Origin: a virus
Strand: one strand, 5' to 3'
DNA: 64,000 bases
Virus record (IMG/VR): IMGVR_UViG_3300021256_000097
A program made the translations under genes and the position numbers. How positions within the stretch are numbered: the stretch's first letter is position 1; every line of letters starts with the position of its first letter. A model generated the notes under the pieces. That model was not told where the DNA came from, did not search any database, and was given only the letters and a program-made list of their open reading frames with translations. Positions 30,671 to 39,834 of the stretch are shown here, piece after piece.

Positions 30671-30957
30671 TGGAAAAGTCTGATGGGATATTTGAAGAGT
30701 TTGAATCAAGTATGAATCAGATGCTTAAAGATGGTAAAGACTTCTGGCATGCGGCCAGAGTTATTGCGGGTAATCTTATTGAAAAATATTCAGAAGATAC
30801 TGTATCTGAAGCGTCCGTACTGATAAGAACAATGCCAAATAAAAATGCAAGCCTTGTATCTAGCTTGCTTCAATCCGAACTTGCAATGATGCATATGAAG
30901 TTTGTTAAGCCAGATGGTAAAGAATACCCTATGACTTATCAAAGAGTTTTCAAATAA
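30667..30957 (+). CDS. Hypothetical protein
   Basis: Coupled start. Confidence 0.45.
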   Translation: MMEKSDGIFEEFESSMNQMLKDGKDFWHAARVIAGNLIEKYSEDTVSEASVLIRTMPNKNASLVSSLLQSELAMMHMKFVKPDGKEYPMTYQRVFK

Positions 30958-31008
30958 TTTTTGGACTATAGAACTTTTGTAAACATATAATATATAATTG
31001 GAGGAATT

Positions 31009-31839
31009 ATGAATATTAAAGATTTTATCAAGGCAAATCCAAATGCGCAGAAATGGAATCTTCCATCAGTCTGTCCAGTTTGTGGAGCTGATCTTGAACT
31101 TAATGAAAATCATACAGACATCGTTTGTACGAATGAGGGCTGCAAATCAAAGCTTATCGGACGCTTAAAAAAGTGGGCTGAGAAACTTGAAATCAGAGAG
31201 CTTGCTCCTACAACTCTGGAAAAGTTCATTGATGGTGGTCTGATTAAGAATGTATCTGACCTTTATAAAGCAGACTTTTCTGTTATTGCAAATTGGCCCG
31301 GATTTGGTGAGCGTTCCGCTGAAATCTACAAGAAAAACATTTCAAAAGCAACAACTGCAACTCTTGCTCAGTTTATCGCAGGTTATAATATTGGTGATGT
31401 TGGTGAAAAAGTTGTTCAGAAGATTATTGATGCAAAAGGTATCCGCGAACTTTCTGAATTTGCAAATCTCAGAGCAGAAGATCTTGTTTGTGAAGGCGCT
31501 GGTATTACAACCACAAGAAAGCTTATTGATGGAATCTCAGCTGTCTGGGATGATATGCTTGAAACATCTAAGTACGTAGCAATCGAAGTACCAGCAGAAA
31601 AAGATTCTAACAAGCTCGCTGGAATGGTATTCTGCTTCACAGGAAAAGCTTGTCTTCCACGTCCGCAGCTTCAGGCAATGGCGGAAGCAAATGGTGGAAA
31701 GTGTGCTTCTTCAGTATCTAAGAATACAACTTATCTTGTAACTGATGATACAGACACTGGATCAAGCAAGAACAAGAAAGCTGCTGAGCTTGGTATCCCT
31801 GTAATCACATCAGAACAGTTCTTGGAGCTTGTAAAATAA
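31009..31839 (+). CDS. ligA: NAD-dependent DNA ligase, C-terminal fragment (Cys4 zinc finger, HhH, BRCT)
   Basis: CPVCGADL...CTNEGC zinc finger, HhH region, and BRCT (FCFTGK...LVTDD). It has its own promoter at 30983-30992 and its own RBS. Confidence 0.8.
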   Translation: MNIKDFIKANPNAQKWNLPSVCPVCGADLELNENHTDIVCTNEGCKSKLIGRLKKWAEKLEIRELAPTTLEKFIDGGLIKNVSDLYKADFSVIANWPGFGERSAEIYKKNISKATTATLAQFIAGYNIGDVGEKVVQKIIDAKGIRELSEFANLRAEDLVCEGAGITTTRKLIDGISAVWDDMLETSKYVAIEVPAEKDSNKLAGMVFCFTGKACLPRPQLQAMAEANGGKCASSVSKNTTYLVTDDTDTGSSKNKKAAELGIPVITSEQFLELVK

Positions 31840-32229
31840 ATGAATCTATCTAAGTTCATATTTCTATCATGCGTATGGGCTTTTTTATTCTATAATCTGC
31901 GTATTTATTGCGCAGATGGTAGATATGCTTATGCAAAAATCTTATGTGACTTTCGGGATAAAGTGTCTAATCTTATCGAAAAAGGACTTAAGTTAACTGA
32001 GCATCTGGATCAAGAAGAAGGTAAAACAACACCTGATGATATTGAAAGCATTATATTGATTGCTGGCTTAACTGGAATCCTTGATGAGCTTACTACGGAA
32101 ATGGTCTTTATTAGGAAGTTTCCTTTTATTTATATCCGTAATCCTGAAAAGCGCTTAAGACGCAGATATGAAAGGTACTTAGAGATCTTGAATGCAGCAC
32201 ATGAAAAGTTTTTAGGAAAAACAGCTTAG
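31840..32229 (+). CDS. Hypothetical protein
   Basis: Coupled to the ligase C-fragment (TAAATG). Confidence 0.4.
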   Translation: MNLSKFIFLSCVWAFLFYNLRIYCADGRYAYAKILCDFRDKVSNLIEKGLKLTEHLDQEEGKTTPDDIESIILIAGLTGILDELTTEMVFIRKFPFIYIRNPEKRLRRRYERYLEILNAAHEKFLGKTA

Positions 32230-32246
32230 ATATAGGAGGAGTACTT

Positions 32247-32735
32247 ATGGCACAAGAAAATGATATTATTGAAGTAATGCAGCGACGGCAGCAAGTATTG
32301 CAGGAAGCTGCTGAACGTAAAGCAAGATTCTTTGAAGTTGCAGTCAATAAAATGACGCCATTTATTGAGAATCTGAAAAAGTATAAAATGCAGTACTTGC
32401 AGATGCAATTTGAACATGGCCAGGATTTTGGTGATTTTTCTATGGGAGGCAAAAGTCTTCTTATGGTTACGCCAAAAGGTGTATGTGTCGTTGATATGAC
32501 AAAAGACGTTAAAGACGCCGGGCGTTATGTTGACATGTCATTGGTATCTTTCAATAAGATAACCGAAGAAGAACGGCGTGGCCATTTGTTAAATATTACA
32601 ACATATGTTGCGCAGAATCTGGATAAACTAGTAAGCCAGGAAATAGAAGATATTTATAGCTTCTATAAGAATCAGCTTATTGAAGCCCAGGATAATTCAG
32701 ATGGATGGGAGCAGCTGACACAGAACATAGCTTAA
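32247..32735 (+). CDS. Hypothetical protein
   Basis: GGAGG RBS. Confidence 0.5.
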   Translation: MAQENDIIEVMQRRQQVLQEAAERKARFFEVAVNKMTPFIENLKKYKMQYLQMQFEHGQDFGDFSMGGKSLLMVTPKGVCVVDMTKDVKDAGRYVDMSLVSFNKITEEERRGHLLNITTYVAQNLDKLVSQEIEDIYSFYKNQLIEAQDNSDGWEQLTQNIA

Positions 32736-32758
32736 CTGACTTGTCTATATAGTAAATA

Positions 32759-32825
32759 AAACCCGCTTTAATTCCTACGTTAAATAAGTAGGTTAGGCGG
32801 GTTATTTTTTTTTTATTTTTTTTTG
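32759..32825 (+). terminator. Strong intrinsic terminator
   Basis: aacccgc...gcgggtt hairpin followed by a long T-run. Confidence 0.65.
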
Positions 32826-32902
32826 ATCGGTTTTTATACTCTGCATAAACTATAAACATATAATATATGTAAACTAAAACAATTACTTTGGAGGTAATAC
32901 TT

Positions 32903-33895
32903 ATGATTATGTCAACTGAAAAGAACAAAGTTCTTACAAATGCAAGTGACGCAGAGACAAGAAACTTTACAATTGCTTGTAACGAAAATATTCTTGATAC
33001 CTTGTCAAGACGTCTTTACACAAACATTCCACGTGCTGTAATTCGTGAGCTTGTGTCAAATGCAATCGATGCAAATATTGAAGCTGGTGTTGATGAAAAA
33101 ATCCTGCTTCACCTGCCAAGCGGACTTGAGCCAGAGTTTTATGTTGAAGACCATGGTATCGGTATGAATGAAGAGACAATCTACAACGTTTATACTCAGT
33201 ATGGTAACTCAACTAAGAATGGCTCAAACAATTGTATCGGTGGACTTGGACTTGGTTCAAAAACTCCATTCGCTTACACAGACCAGTTTTTCGTAATTTC
33301 TTCAAAAGATGGTGTTAAGAATACTTTTGTCTGCTTTAGAAATGAGCAGGGAGAAGCTTGTATCACTAAAATGGCATCTGAAGCATGTTCTGAAACTGGT
33401 ACAAAGGTATCATTCCCAGTAAAGGAAAATGACATTCGCAGCTTTACTAACGAGGCTGTCATAACTTTACTCTTCACTATGAAGATGCCAGAACTTGTTG
33501 GTGAAAAGGATCGTTTCTTAAGAGTAGCTGGTGTTGAGTCTCTTGAAGAATATGAAGCACTTCGTAAAGAACTTGCTGAGAACACTTACATCACAAATGA
33601 AAAGCTGCGTTCACTCATCAACTACTCGTCTTCTTATGGTAAACTTATCGTTGAAATGGGCGGAGTTGCTTACAAAGTAGATTCTAACGAAATCTTCGAA
33701 GATGGTAACTACAATCCTGTTCTGGAATATATCTGCAAGAAAAGCGATCTTCAGGTATTCCACTTGCCAATCGGCGCAGTTCAGATCCAGTCTTCTCGTG
33801 AAGCGCTCAACTACACACGTTTCACAAAAGAAGCTCTTACTAAGCTGTTTATTCAGGAATTCTTGGCAGATGCTAAGAAGGTAATTGCAGCTTAA
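32903..33895 (+). CDS. GHKL-superfamily ATPase (Hsp90-like N-domain)
   Basis: RELVSNAIDA (N box), EDHGIGM (G1) and GGLGLGSK (G2). Confidence 0.6.
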   Translation: MIMSTEKNKVLTNASDAETRNFTIACNENILDTLSRRLYTNIPRAVIRELVSNAIDANIEAGVDEKILLHLPSGLEPEFYVEDHGIGMNEETIYNVYTQYGNSTKNGSNNCIGGLGLGSKTPFAYTDQFFVISSKDGVKNTFVCFRNEQGEACITKMASEACSETGTKVSFPVKENDIRSFTNEAVITLLFTMKMPELVGEKDRFLRVAGVESLEEYEALRKELAENTYITNEKLRSLINYSSSYGKLIVEMGGVAYKVDSNEIFEDGNYNPVLEYICKKSDLQVFHLPIGAVQIQSSREALNYTRFTKEALTKLFIQEFLADAKKVIAA

Positions 33896-33970
33896 GTCAA
33901 GACAAGTCAGTTCAGTTAAAAAAATAATTTAAAAAAGTTGCGCAGATTTTATACTCTGCGCAGCATATTT

Positions 33971-33980
33971 ACATATTATA
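33971..33980 (+). promoter_or_regulatory. Promoter core ACATATTATA. The TATACT element lies 15 nt upstream, inside the loop of the preceding terminator hairpin.
   Basis: ttgcgcagattttatactctgcgcag hairpin, then the core motif. Confidence 0.6.
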
Positions 33981-34014
33981 AATGTAAACGATTAAACATC
34001 AAGGAGGAATTAAG

Positions 34015-35427
34015 ATGAATAAAATCGGCACAGCGTTGACAATTTTTAACAACAACGGTTTTGAAGCTGCTTTCAAAGAAGCTCAGAAGTACACTGGTTA
34101 TTTGACAGACGAAGACCGTGCATTGCTTAGCCAGTTAGACGCTTCAGTTAAGGCAAAAGAAGAGGCTTTTACAAAGACTGTCGCAAAGTTTGCAGCTAAT
34201 GGCTTCAAAGTTCTTACTCTTACAAATACAAAATCTGGAAAGAATACTTCTTCAAGCGTTCTTTCACTCAAGTCAGAAACTTCTCGTAACTTGTTCGGCT
34301 TGTCTATGGAATTGAGCAAGTTCCAGAATACTGATGTATTAGTAGCTGATGATGCTCGTTTTCAGGACGACTTGTTTGCAAGAGGCCTTGCTAAGGTTCT
34401 TCGTGAAACTCTTAATTTTGATGGCTGTTATGCAAAAAAGAGCTTTATTGCTCTTCCAGCAAGTAAGCTCAAGTCTTACGAAAAGGTTTTCGATATTGGT
34501 ACAGTTTACAACTTGTCTAGCCTTCTTGATGCAGCAAAAGAAAAGGCAAGACAGGCACGTAAGGTAGCAGCTACTGGTGAACGTTGCGAAGCTGGTGATG
34601 CAGAGCTTTTTTATCAGGTGCTCTATTTTGATACAGCTTCTAATGGCTGGAAATCAAAATACAATATGTCTTATAACAAGCTCAAAGCTGAGTTTGCTGG
34701 AAAGACAATTGTTGCAGCTATTCGTGGAAAAAATGGTGATAACAGCTATGACTATTACGCAGACGTTCGTATTCCTACCGATAAGGCTTCTGAAAAGACA
34801 TTTACAACTTCTGATATTAGCATAAAAAGTCTTCATAACGGTATGTACTACGTTGCCAAGAACTTCGGAGTAGCTGAAAATTATGTTTTGGCTTACTTGT
34901 CTGGTGGTAGTTACAAGCGTCTTAAACTCTGGCGTGATACAGATATTTTGCTTGAAAAACAGACACTTATTGACATCTACCGCGAAAAACTTGCAAATCT
35001 TAAGCCAGTTGAAATTGTGAATTACACAGATAACTTGCTTAACGAGAATAACATTACAGACGTTAAGGCTTGTATTGACAAATACTCAACATTGGCCGAT
35101 CGTCAGACAAAGTTCTACAAGAGATTTGCAATGGCTGTAACAAAGCTTGAACAGCAGGAAACTCTTCGTCAGAGTGACGAGTACGCAACATACTTCAGAA
35201 ATCAGAGTGACTTGAGAGAACTTGGATTTAATGAGCTGGTAACTTACAAGACTGTAACACCAGAACTCTTCGCTGACTACCCAATGCTTAAGCACTTCGG
35301 TTATAGTTATGGTTCTGATCTGCGTCTTTCAAGAGATGGCGCAGTTAGAGAAATGTTCGACTACGTTTCTATGGTAGAAGAACTTCAGGCTATGAAAGCT
35401 GCATCTGTAACTGAACAGGTTGCGTAA
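34015..35427 (+). CDS. Hypothetical protein (470 aa)
   Basis: Promoter, GGAGG RBS and long ORF. Confidence 0.55.
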   Translation: MNKIGTALTIFNNNGFEAAFKEAQKYTGYLTDEDRALLSQLDASVKAKEEAFTKTVAKFAANGFKVLTLTNTKSGKNTSSSVLSLKSETSRNLFGLSMELSKFQNTDVLVADDARFQDDLFARGLAKVLRETLNFDGCYAKKSFIALPASKLKSYEKVFDIGTVYNLSSLLDAAKEKARQARKVAATGERCEAGDAELFYQVLYFDTASNGWKSKYNMSYNKLKAEFAGKTIVAAIRGKNGDNSYDYYADVRIPTDKASEKTFTTSDISIKSLHNGMYYVAKNFGVAENYVLAYLSGGSYKRLKLWRDTDILLEKQTLIDIYREKLANLKPVEIVNYTDNLLNENNITDVKACIDKYSTLADRQTKFYKRFAMAVTKLEQQETLRQSDEYATYFRNQSDLRELGFNELVTYKTVTPELFADYPMLKHFGYSYGSDLRLSRDGAVREMFDYVSMVEELQAMKAASVTEQVA

Positions 35428-35514
35428 GTTAAATAAGTTTTGAAAAAAGTTCGGAAGTTTTGTGCTTCCGAACTACTATAGACATATTATATATGTACAA
35501 TGGAGGTACACGTT

Positions 35515-36630
35515 ATGGAAAACAAAATGCGTTACATGGTAACATCGAATGGCTTGTCAGTATTCTTTGCTGGTAAGAAACCTTTTATGGTTGCAAAAGA
35601 CCATCCAAACTTCAATGCAATTCTTGAGGCTGTAACAGCTGATAAGGCTCCTTCTTATGAAGACATTGAAAAGTTGGCTGAGATCAAGAAGTCTTTGACA
35701 ACTCTGTCTTATGACAATGTTGAAATTGCTCTTGATGAAAATGACGAACTGATCTTGAAGCTTGACGGAAAAGTAACTGAAGTTCTTTCTTCTGCTCTTA
35801 TCGGCCGTTTGGTTGGTATGCTTCGTGAATCAGAAAGCCCACTCCGCAAGGCAGTATTCCAGTCATTCGCAAAGTTCATTTCGAACCTTTACAAGAATCC
35901 TTCTTACCGCTCTGTAAAGCAGATGTACGGCTTCCTTGAAGCAAACAACTTGCCAATCACTCAGAATGGTACATTCTTGGCTTACAAGAAAGTTCGCGGT
36001 GACTATTTTGACATTCATTCAGGCACATTCGACAATTCAGTTGGAAAAGTTGTTGAAATGCCTCGTAATCAGGTTGAAGACAACCCAGAAATCACTTGTT
36101 CACACGGCTTGCACGTTTGTTCATATGGTTACTTGAAACATTACTCATCAGCTTCTGATGACCGTATTGTAATCTGCGAAGTAAACCCAGCAGATGTTGT
36201 ATCAATTCCAACTGACTACGACAACGCAAAAATGCGTGTATGCAAGTACACTGTAGTTGATGAAGTTCCAAGCCACTTCACAGCACAGCTTTCATCTTAC
36301 GTTTACGGTAAGCATTCAGATGGCTGGATCAACGAGACTTACAAGAAGCTTGAAACACTCTTCAAGAAGTTCTTCGCTGTTGAGCATGTTGATTTTGATC
36401 ACTTGCCTAACACAATCAGCTATAACGACATGACACCACCAGTTATCGAAGACTTCTACAAAGAAGCAGAAGCTGTTGGCTTGAATGTTCCAACTAAGTT
36501 GAAGGACCTTTCTCTTGAAAAAGAATGTGTACCTACAATGAAGACAATGTTCCAGTGGCTCGCTAAGTACGACTCAAACTGGGTACGTCCTACAGCTGCT
36601 GACACAGAAGACGAAGCTGACGCTGAATAG
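35515..36630 (+). CDS. Hypothetical protein (372 aa)
   Basis: Promoter 35482-35491 and GGAGG RBS. The start was moved to the ATG after the RBS. Confidence 0.55.
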   Translation: MENKMRYMVTSNGLSVFFAGKKPFMVAKDHPNFNAILEAVTADKAPSYEDIEKLAEIKKSLTTLSYDNVEIALDENDELILKLDGKVTEVLSSALIGRLVGMLRESESPLRKAVFQSFAKFISNLYKNPSYRSVKQMYGFLEANNLPITQNGTFLAYKKVRGDYFDIHSGTFDNSVGKVVEMPRNQVEDNPEITCSHGLHVCSYGYLKHYSSASDDRIVICEVNPADVVSIPTDYDNAKMRVCKYTVVDEVPSHFTAQLSSYVYGKHSDGWINETYKKLETLFKKFFAVEHVDFDHLPNTISYNDMTPPVIEDFYKEAEAVGLNVPTKLKDLSLEKECVPTMKTMFQWLAKYDSNWVRPTAADTEDEADAE

Positions 36631-36635
36631 CAAAA

Positions 36636-36700
36636 CTGACTGGCTTAAGCCAGTCTAGTCAGCCAAGACCGGAGCTAGTTCTCCGGTTTTTTTATTTTAA
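36636..36700 (+). terminator. Tandem hairpin terminator
   Basis: ctgactggc...gccagtc hairpin and ccggag...ctccgg hairpin, then T7. Confidence 0.6.
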
Positions 36701-36766
36701 AATTTTTATATAAGTTTTAGGATATAGAACTTTTATTTACATATTATAATTGTACAGGAGATTATT

Positions 36767-36940
36767 ATGGAAGAAACTAAAATTATTGCTAACAACCCTT
36801 GGGTGCGCCACCACTTCAATTCTGTGTCTGAAGCAGCTGCTTACTTCGGTATTTCAGAGGATGCTGTAAAAAGCGCAATTGAAACTGGTAAGCCAGTTGG
36901 TATCGGTGTTCGTTACTGGACTTTTGATGAGGCACTCTAA
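36767..36940 (+). CDS. Small protein (57 aa), not in the ORF track
   Basis: Promoter 36739-36748 and an AGGAG RBS. Confidence 0.35.
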   Translation: MEETKIIANNPWVRHHFNSVSEAAAYFGISEDAVKSAIETGKPVGIGVRYWTFDEAL

Positions 36941-37110
36941 TGGAATATATTGTAACTGTTAAGTGTACCGCGTATGACGAAACAGAGCTACAGGAATTCC
37001 GAGTAGCTGCAGTTGGTCCAGAAGAAGCTATCGATAAAGCAATGGAGCTTGCACAGGAAAATGGATCAGAAGAATGCGAATACGAATATGATTCGATCCG
37101 TGAAGCCTAA
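36940..37110 (+). CDS. Small acidic protein (56 aa), coupled (TAATG)
   Basis: Overlapping stop and start. Confidence 0.3.
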   Translation: MEYIVTVKCTAYDETELQEFRVAAVGPEEAIDKAMELAQENGSEECEYEYDSIREA

Positions 37111-37121
37111 CTAATTACTTT

Positions 37122-37766
37122 ATGGACGAATCAATTGTAAAAGAACACTGGGAAGGTGGTATTTGCCCAATGGCAAAACAAGCTGCTGATGTAGCGACAC
37201 GCTATCCAGAAGCTGCTGCGGAAGATCTTGAAAAAGATTTCTATGAAGCATATAAAGCTGGTATATCTGGCGAAACTTGCCCAACCCCAAGTCATTTGGG
37301 AGATATTGAAGAAGCTAAACGCAGACGTTATGATAACATGTGTAGAAACTTCTTTGAGCTTGGTAAAGACGCAGCAGACGAAATAAAGCGCAATACATTT
37401 GATGCAACTTATGAAATAAACGACGAATATAATATCGGTATTAAGAATAGTAAAGACCCTGAAAAGTGTACAATCTATTTCTTACATAAGAATAACAAGC
37501 CCGCTGGCTATAGTTATTATGCATCAACTCTAGCAGACCACAAAAAAGACGTTGGTTTGTATCTTGACATGGGACGTGATATTAAGATCAATGGTCAGGA
37601 TATGAATGAAGTTATCAGAATTGCAAAAGCTTACGTAGGTAAGGAAGATGATCCAGAAGAAGATTACGAAGACGAAGCTGCTTTGGTAAGACAGACACAG
37701 GCTTTGTATGATGCTGGCGAAATTGATGACGACGAATATGAACGTCGTATGGACTTTCTTTTGTAA
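37122..37766 (+). CDS. Hypothetical protein
   Basis: ORF. Confidence 0.45.
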   Translation: MDESIVKEHWEGGICPMAKQAADVATRYPEAAAEDLEKDFYEAYKAGISGETCPTPSHLGDIEEAKRRRYDNMCRNFFELGKDAADEIKRNTFDATYEINDEYNIGIKNSKDPEKCTIYFLHKNNKPAGYSYYASTLADHKKDVGLYLDMGRDIKINGQDMNEVIRIAKAYVGKEDDPEEDYEDEAALVRQTQALYDAGEIDDDEYERRMDFLL

Positions 37767-37796
37767 CTTTGTCAAATAAGTTAATTAAGTTGAATC

Positions 37797-37826
37797 AAGA
37801 CCGGATTTTTTCCGGTCTTTTTTTAT
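37797..37826 (+). terminator. Intrinsic terminator
   Basis: gaccgga...tccggtc hairpin plus T7. Confidence 0.65.
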
Positions 37827-37880
37827 ACTATGCAGAAGTTATCTACATATTATAAATACAATAAAGAATTGGAGGAAATT

Positions 37881-38231
37881 ATGCCAAGAAGTATGGAAAT
37901 TAAGAACATCAATAAAAAGCCATTTATTGAGATTCTGGACGACCACAAGTATATTGCTGAAATGAAGCTTGCAGATGGTGATGACATTGTTAAGATCGGC
38001 TTCCCAAAGAAGGATAGCTGTGATAGAGATTACTATCCAGTATTTGTAAATAATCAGGAGGTCTTTGGTACGGGTACAGAGTCCTTCGGTCAGGCAATTA
38101 TTTGGGGTGAAACTTACCTGTCACGAAAAGAAGACCCTGTTGAAACTCTCATGGGTAAAGTAAGAGCTATCAGTCATGAAGCAAACTTTCTGGAATTTGT
38201 TTTGGAAAAAACTAAAGTAAGCGAAATGTAA
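37881..38231 (+). CDS. Hypothetical protein
   Basis: Promoter 37845-37854 and a GGAGG RBS. Confidence 0.5.
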   Translation: MPRSMEIKNINKKPFIEILDDHKYIAEMKLADGDDIVKIGFPKKDSCDRDYYPVFVNNQEVFGTGTESFGQAIIWGETYLSRKEDPVETLMGKVRAISHEANFLEFVLEKTKVSEM

Positions 38232-38297
38232 TTTGTGCTTCACTAAAACTGAAGACATATTATATATACAATAAATAAATATTTAGGAGCCCATTAA

Positions 38298-38570
38298 ATG
38301 GCAAAAAAGTCAACAAAAACAGTGTCTAAGTATGTAGCAAATCGTCAGACACCTCGTGCTGTAAAAGCACAGAAAATTCTTAAGAGCGGCAAAGTAAGCG
38401 CTTCAGCAAAGTCTTTTGCTTCAATTAGCGAAGCAGCTACTTGGGCTGTAAAGCAGGGTCTTACTGATAAGGCTCAGAATGCAGAGTTCAATATCTGTGT
38501 TGCTGCTCAGGGATATGATCGCGACACAGTTCGTAAGTCAGCTTACGGATATGTTTGGAGCCATGCATAG
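38298..38570 (+). CDS. Hypothetical basic protein
   Basis: Promoter 38255-38264 and a GGAG RBS. Confidence 0.5.
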   Translation: MAKKSTKTVSKYVANRQTPRAVKAQKILKSGKVSASAKSFASISEAATWAVKQGLTDKAQNAEFNICVAAQGYDRDTVRKSAYGYVWSHA

Positions 38571-38630
38571 TTTTTGTTTATAATCGGAGCGCTTCCTGGT
38601 GAGGCGTTCCGATTTTCTTTTGTTGATTTT

Positions 38631-38921
38631 ATGAAGAAACTGTTAATTTTAATAAGTCTGGTAAGCTGCTTGTTTATCAGCTGCGCAAAACCAGTACATA
38701 AAGAAGACCCAGTTAATTCTGCTATTCAGTTTTCAGAAAGTGATTTTATCAATCTTAAAAAGATAGCGGGCAGAGTATATGTGGATCTTAATTCGGATGT
38801 ACTTTATTACTATGATAGTCGCTATAGTGACCGGTCTGCTATATCACCTATTATGAAAGCTGATGGAACTTGTCTAACATTTTCTGAATGGAAAAGTAAA
38901 CAATCCTTATATGTTTTTTAA
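38631..38921 (+). CDS. Putative lipoprotein
   Basis: MKKLLILISLVSCLFISC signal peptide with a lipobox Cys. Confidence 0.5.
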   Translation: MKKLLILISLVSCLFISCAKPVHKEDPVNSAIQFSESDFINLKKIAGRVYVDLNSDVLYYYDSRYSDRSAISPIMKADGTCLTFSEWKSKQSLYVF

Positions 38922-39033
38922 GATGTGTTCATTAGGTAGTATTCCCTTAAACATTATTAAATGGAAATCTACAAGTCTGATTCAAGAGACAATCTAACAG
39001 TAAGTCACTCTTGTTGAAAGGCGAATCTTTATT

Positions 39034-39597
39034 ATGGTTTACGGATTTAACTTATATAAATATACTGTAATAGAACGCGTATACGATATTGATTTGAGAC
39101 AAACAGCATCAATGCTTCTATTTGATCGTCCTGGTTATCCATTCAGAGTTTATTTTAAGTTTGATCCTGAATATAAAGAAATTAAAGAAGTATATCCTCT
39201 TCTTTTAGACGGTGATGTTAAAAAGTCTATTAAAGTGTTTAAGTCTGAGAAACCTTATAAAGGAACTTTTGATTTTAACAAATACAGTTATTTAAGCTGG
39301 GACTTGAAGACAGAACCAAATCAGGTTTATTTTGATAGCCCAACGGGATTAAAACGTTTTGCTGGTGACGACTTAGCTCAAGATATGGAATATGAAAATG
39401 TTTCATTGGATGAGTTAGTTGAGAGAACAGATATTCCTGATAATATAAAAGAGTTTGCTGATGAAAAAAATGCGGAGTATATATTTCTTTACTGGCGAGG
39501 TAAAAAGCTCGTTAAATTCTTAATTGGAATAACAATGTTCCATCCTGCTTATCTGATCTTGAGAAAGGATATAGATAGTAAGTTGGCACATTTTTAG
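39034..39597 (+). CDS. Hypothetical protein
   Basis: ORF. A tRNA gene starts immediately downstream. Confidence 0.45.
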   Translation: MVYGFNLYKYTVIERVYDIDLRQTASMLLFDRPGYPFRVYFKFDPEYKEIKEVYPLLLDGDVKKSIKVFKSEKPYKGTFDFNKYSYLSWDLKTEPNQVYFDSPTGLKRFAGDDLAQDMEYENVSLDELVERTDIPDNIKEFADEKNAEYIFLYWRGKKLVKFLIGITMFHPAYLILRKDIDSKLAHF

Positions 39598-39603
39598 ATA
39601 CAT

Positions 39604-39676
39604 TCGGGAGTCGGCAAGCGGTAAGCCCCCGGCTTTTGGTGCCGGTATTCCACAGGTTCGAATCCTGTCTCCCGAA
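39604..39676 (+). tRNA. tRNA-Gln (anticodon TTG). CCA is not encoded.
   Basis: Acceptor tcgggag/ctcccga. Anticodon stem ccggc/gccgg with loop ttTTGgt. T-arm acagg-ttcgaat-cctgt. Confidence 0.7.
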
Positions 39677-39834
39677 CAAGGCCAATAACAGGCCGTATAA
39701 TAACATATTTACATAAAAAAGTTTTCAACTTTTTTCTCTCCTAAGAGCCCTATAATTTTTATAGGGCTCTTTTTTACTTTCTATAGTATTGTAGACATAT
39801 TATATATACAAAATAAATATATGGAGGCTTAAAA

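Noticed and set aside
32888-32902. Track ORF starts of the MEV..M type (ATG/TTG/GTG immediately followed by GAGG)
   Set aside because: The ATGGAGG/TTGGAGG is the Shine-Dalgarno sequence itself. The real start is the ATG 7-9 nt downstream. Starts were adjusted for 9803, 32888, 35500, 37830, 49658, 50484, 52956, 53437, 55311, 56088, 57393, 58469, 59774, 61305, 61656, 61896 and 62943.
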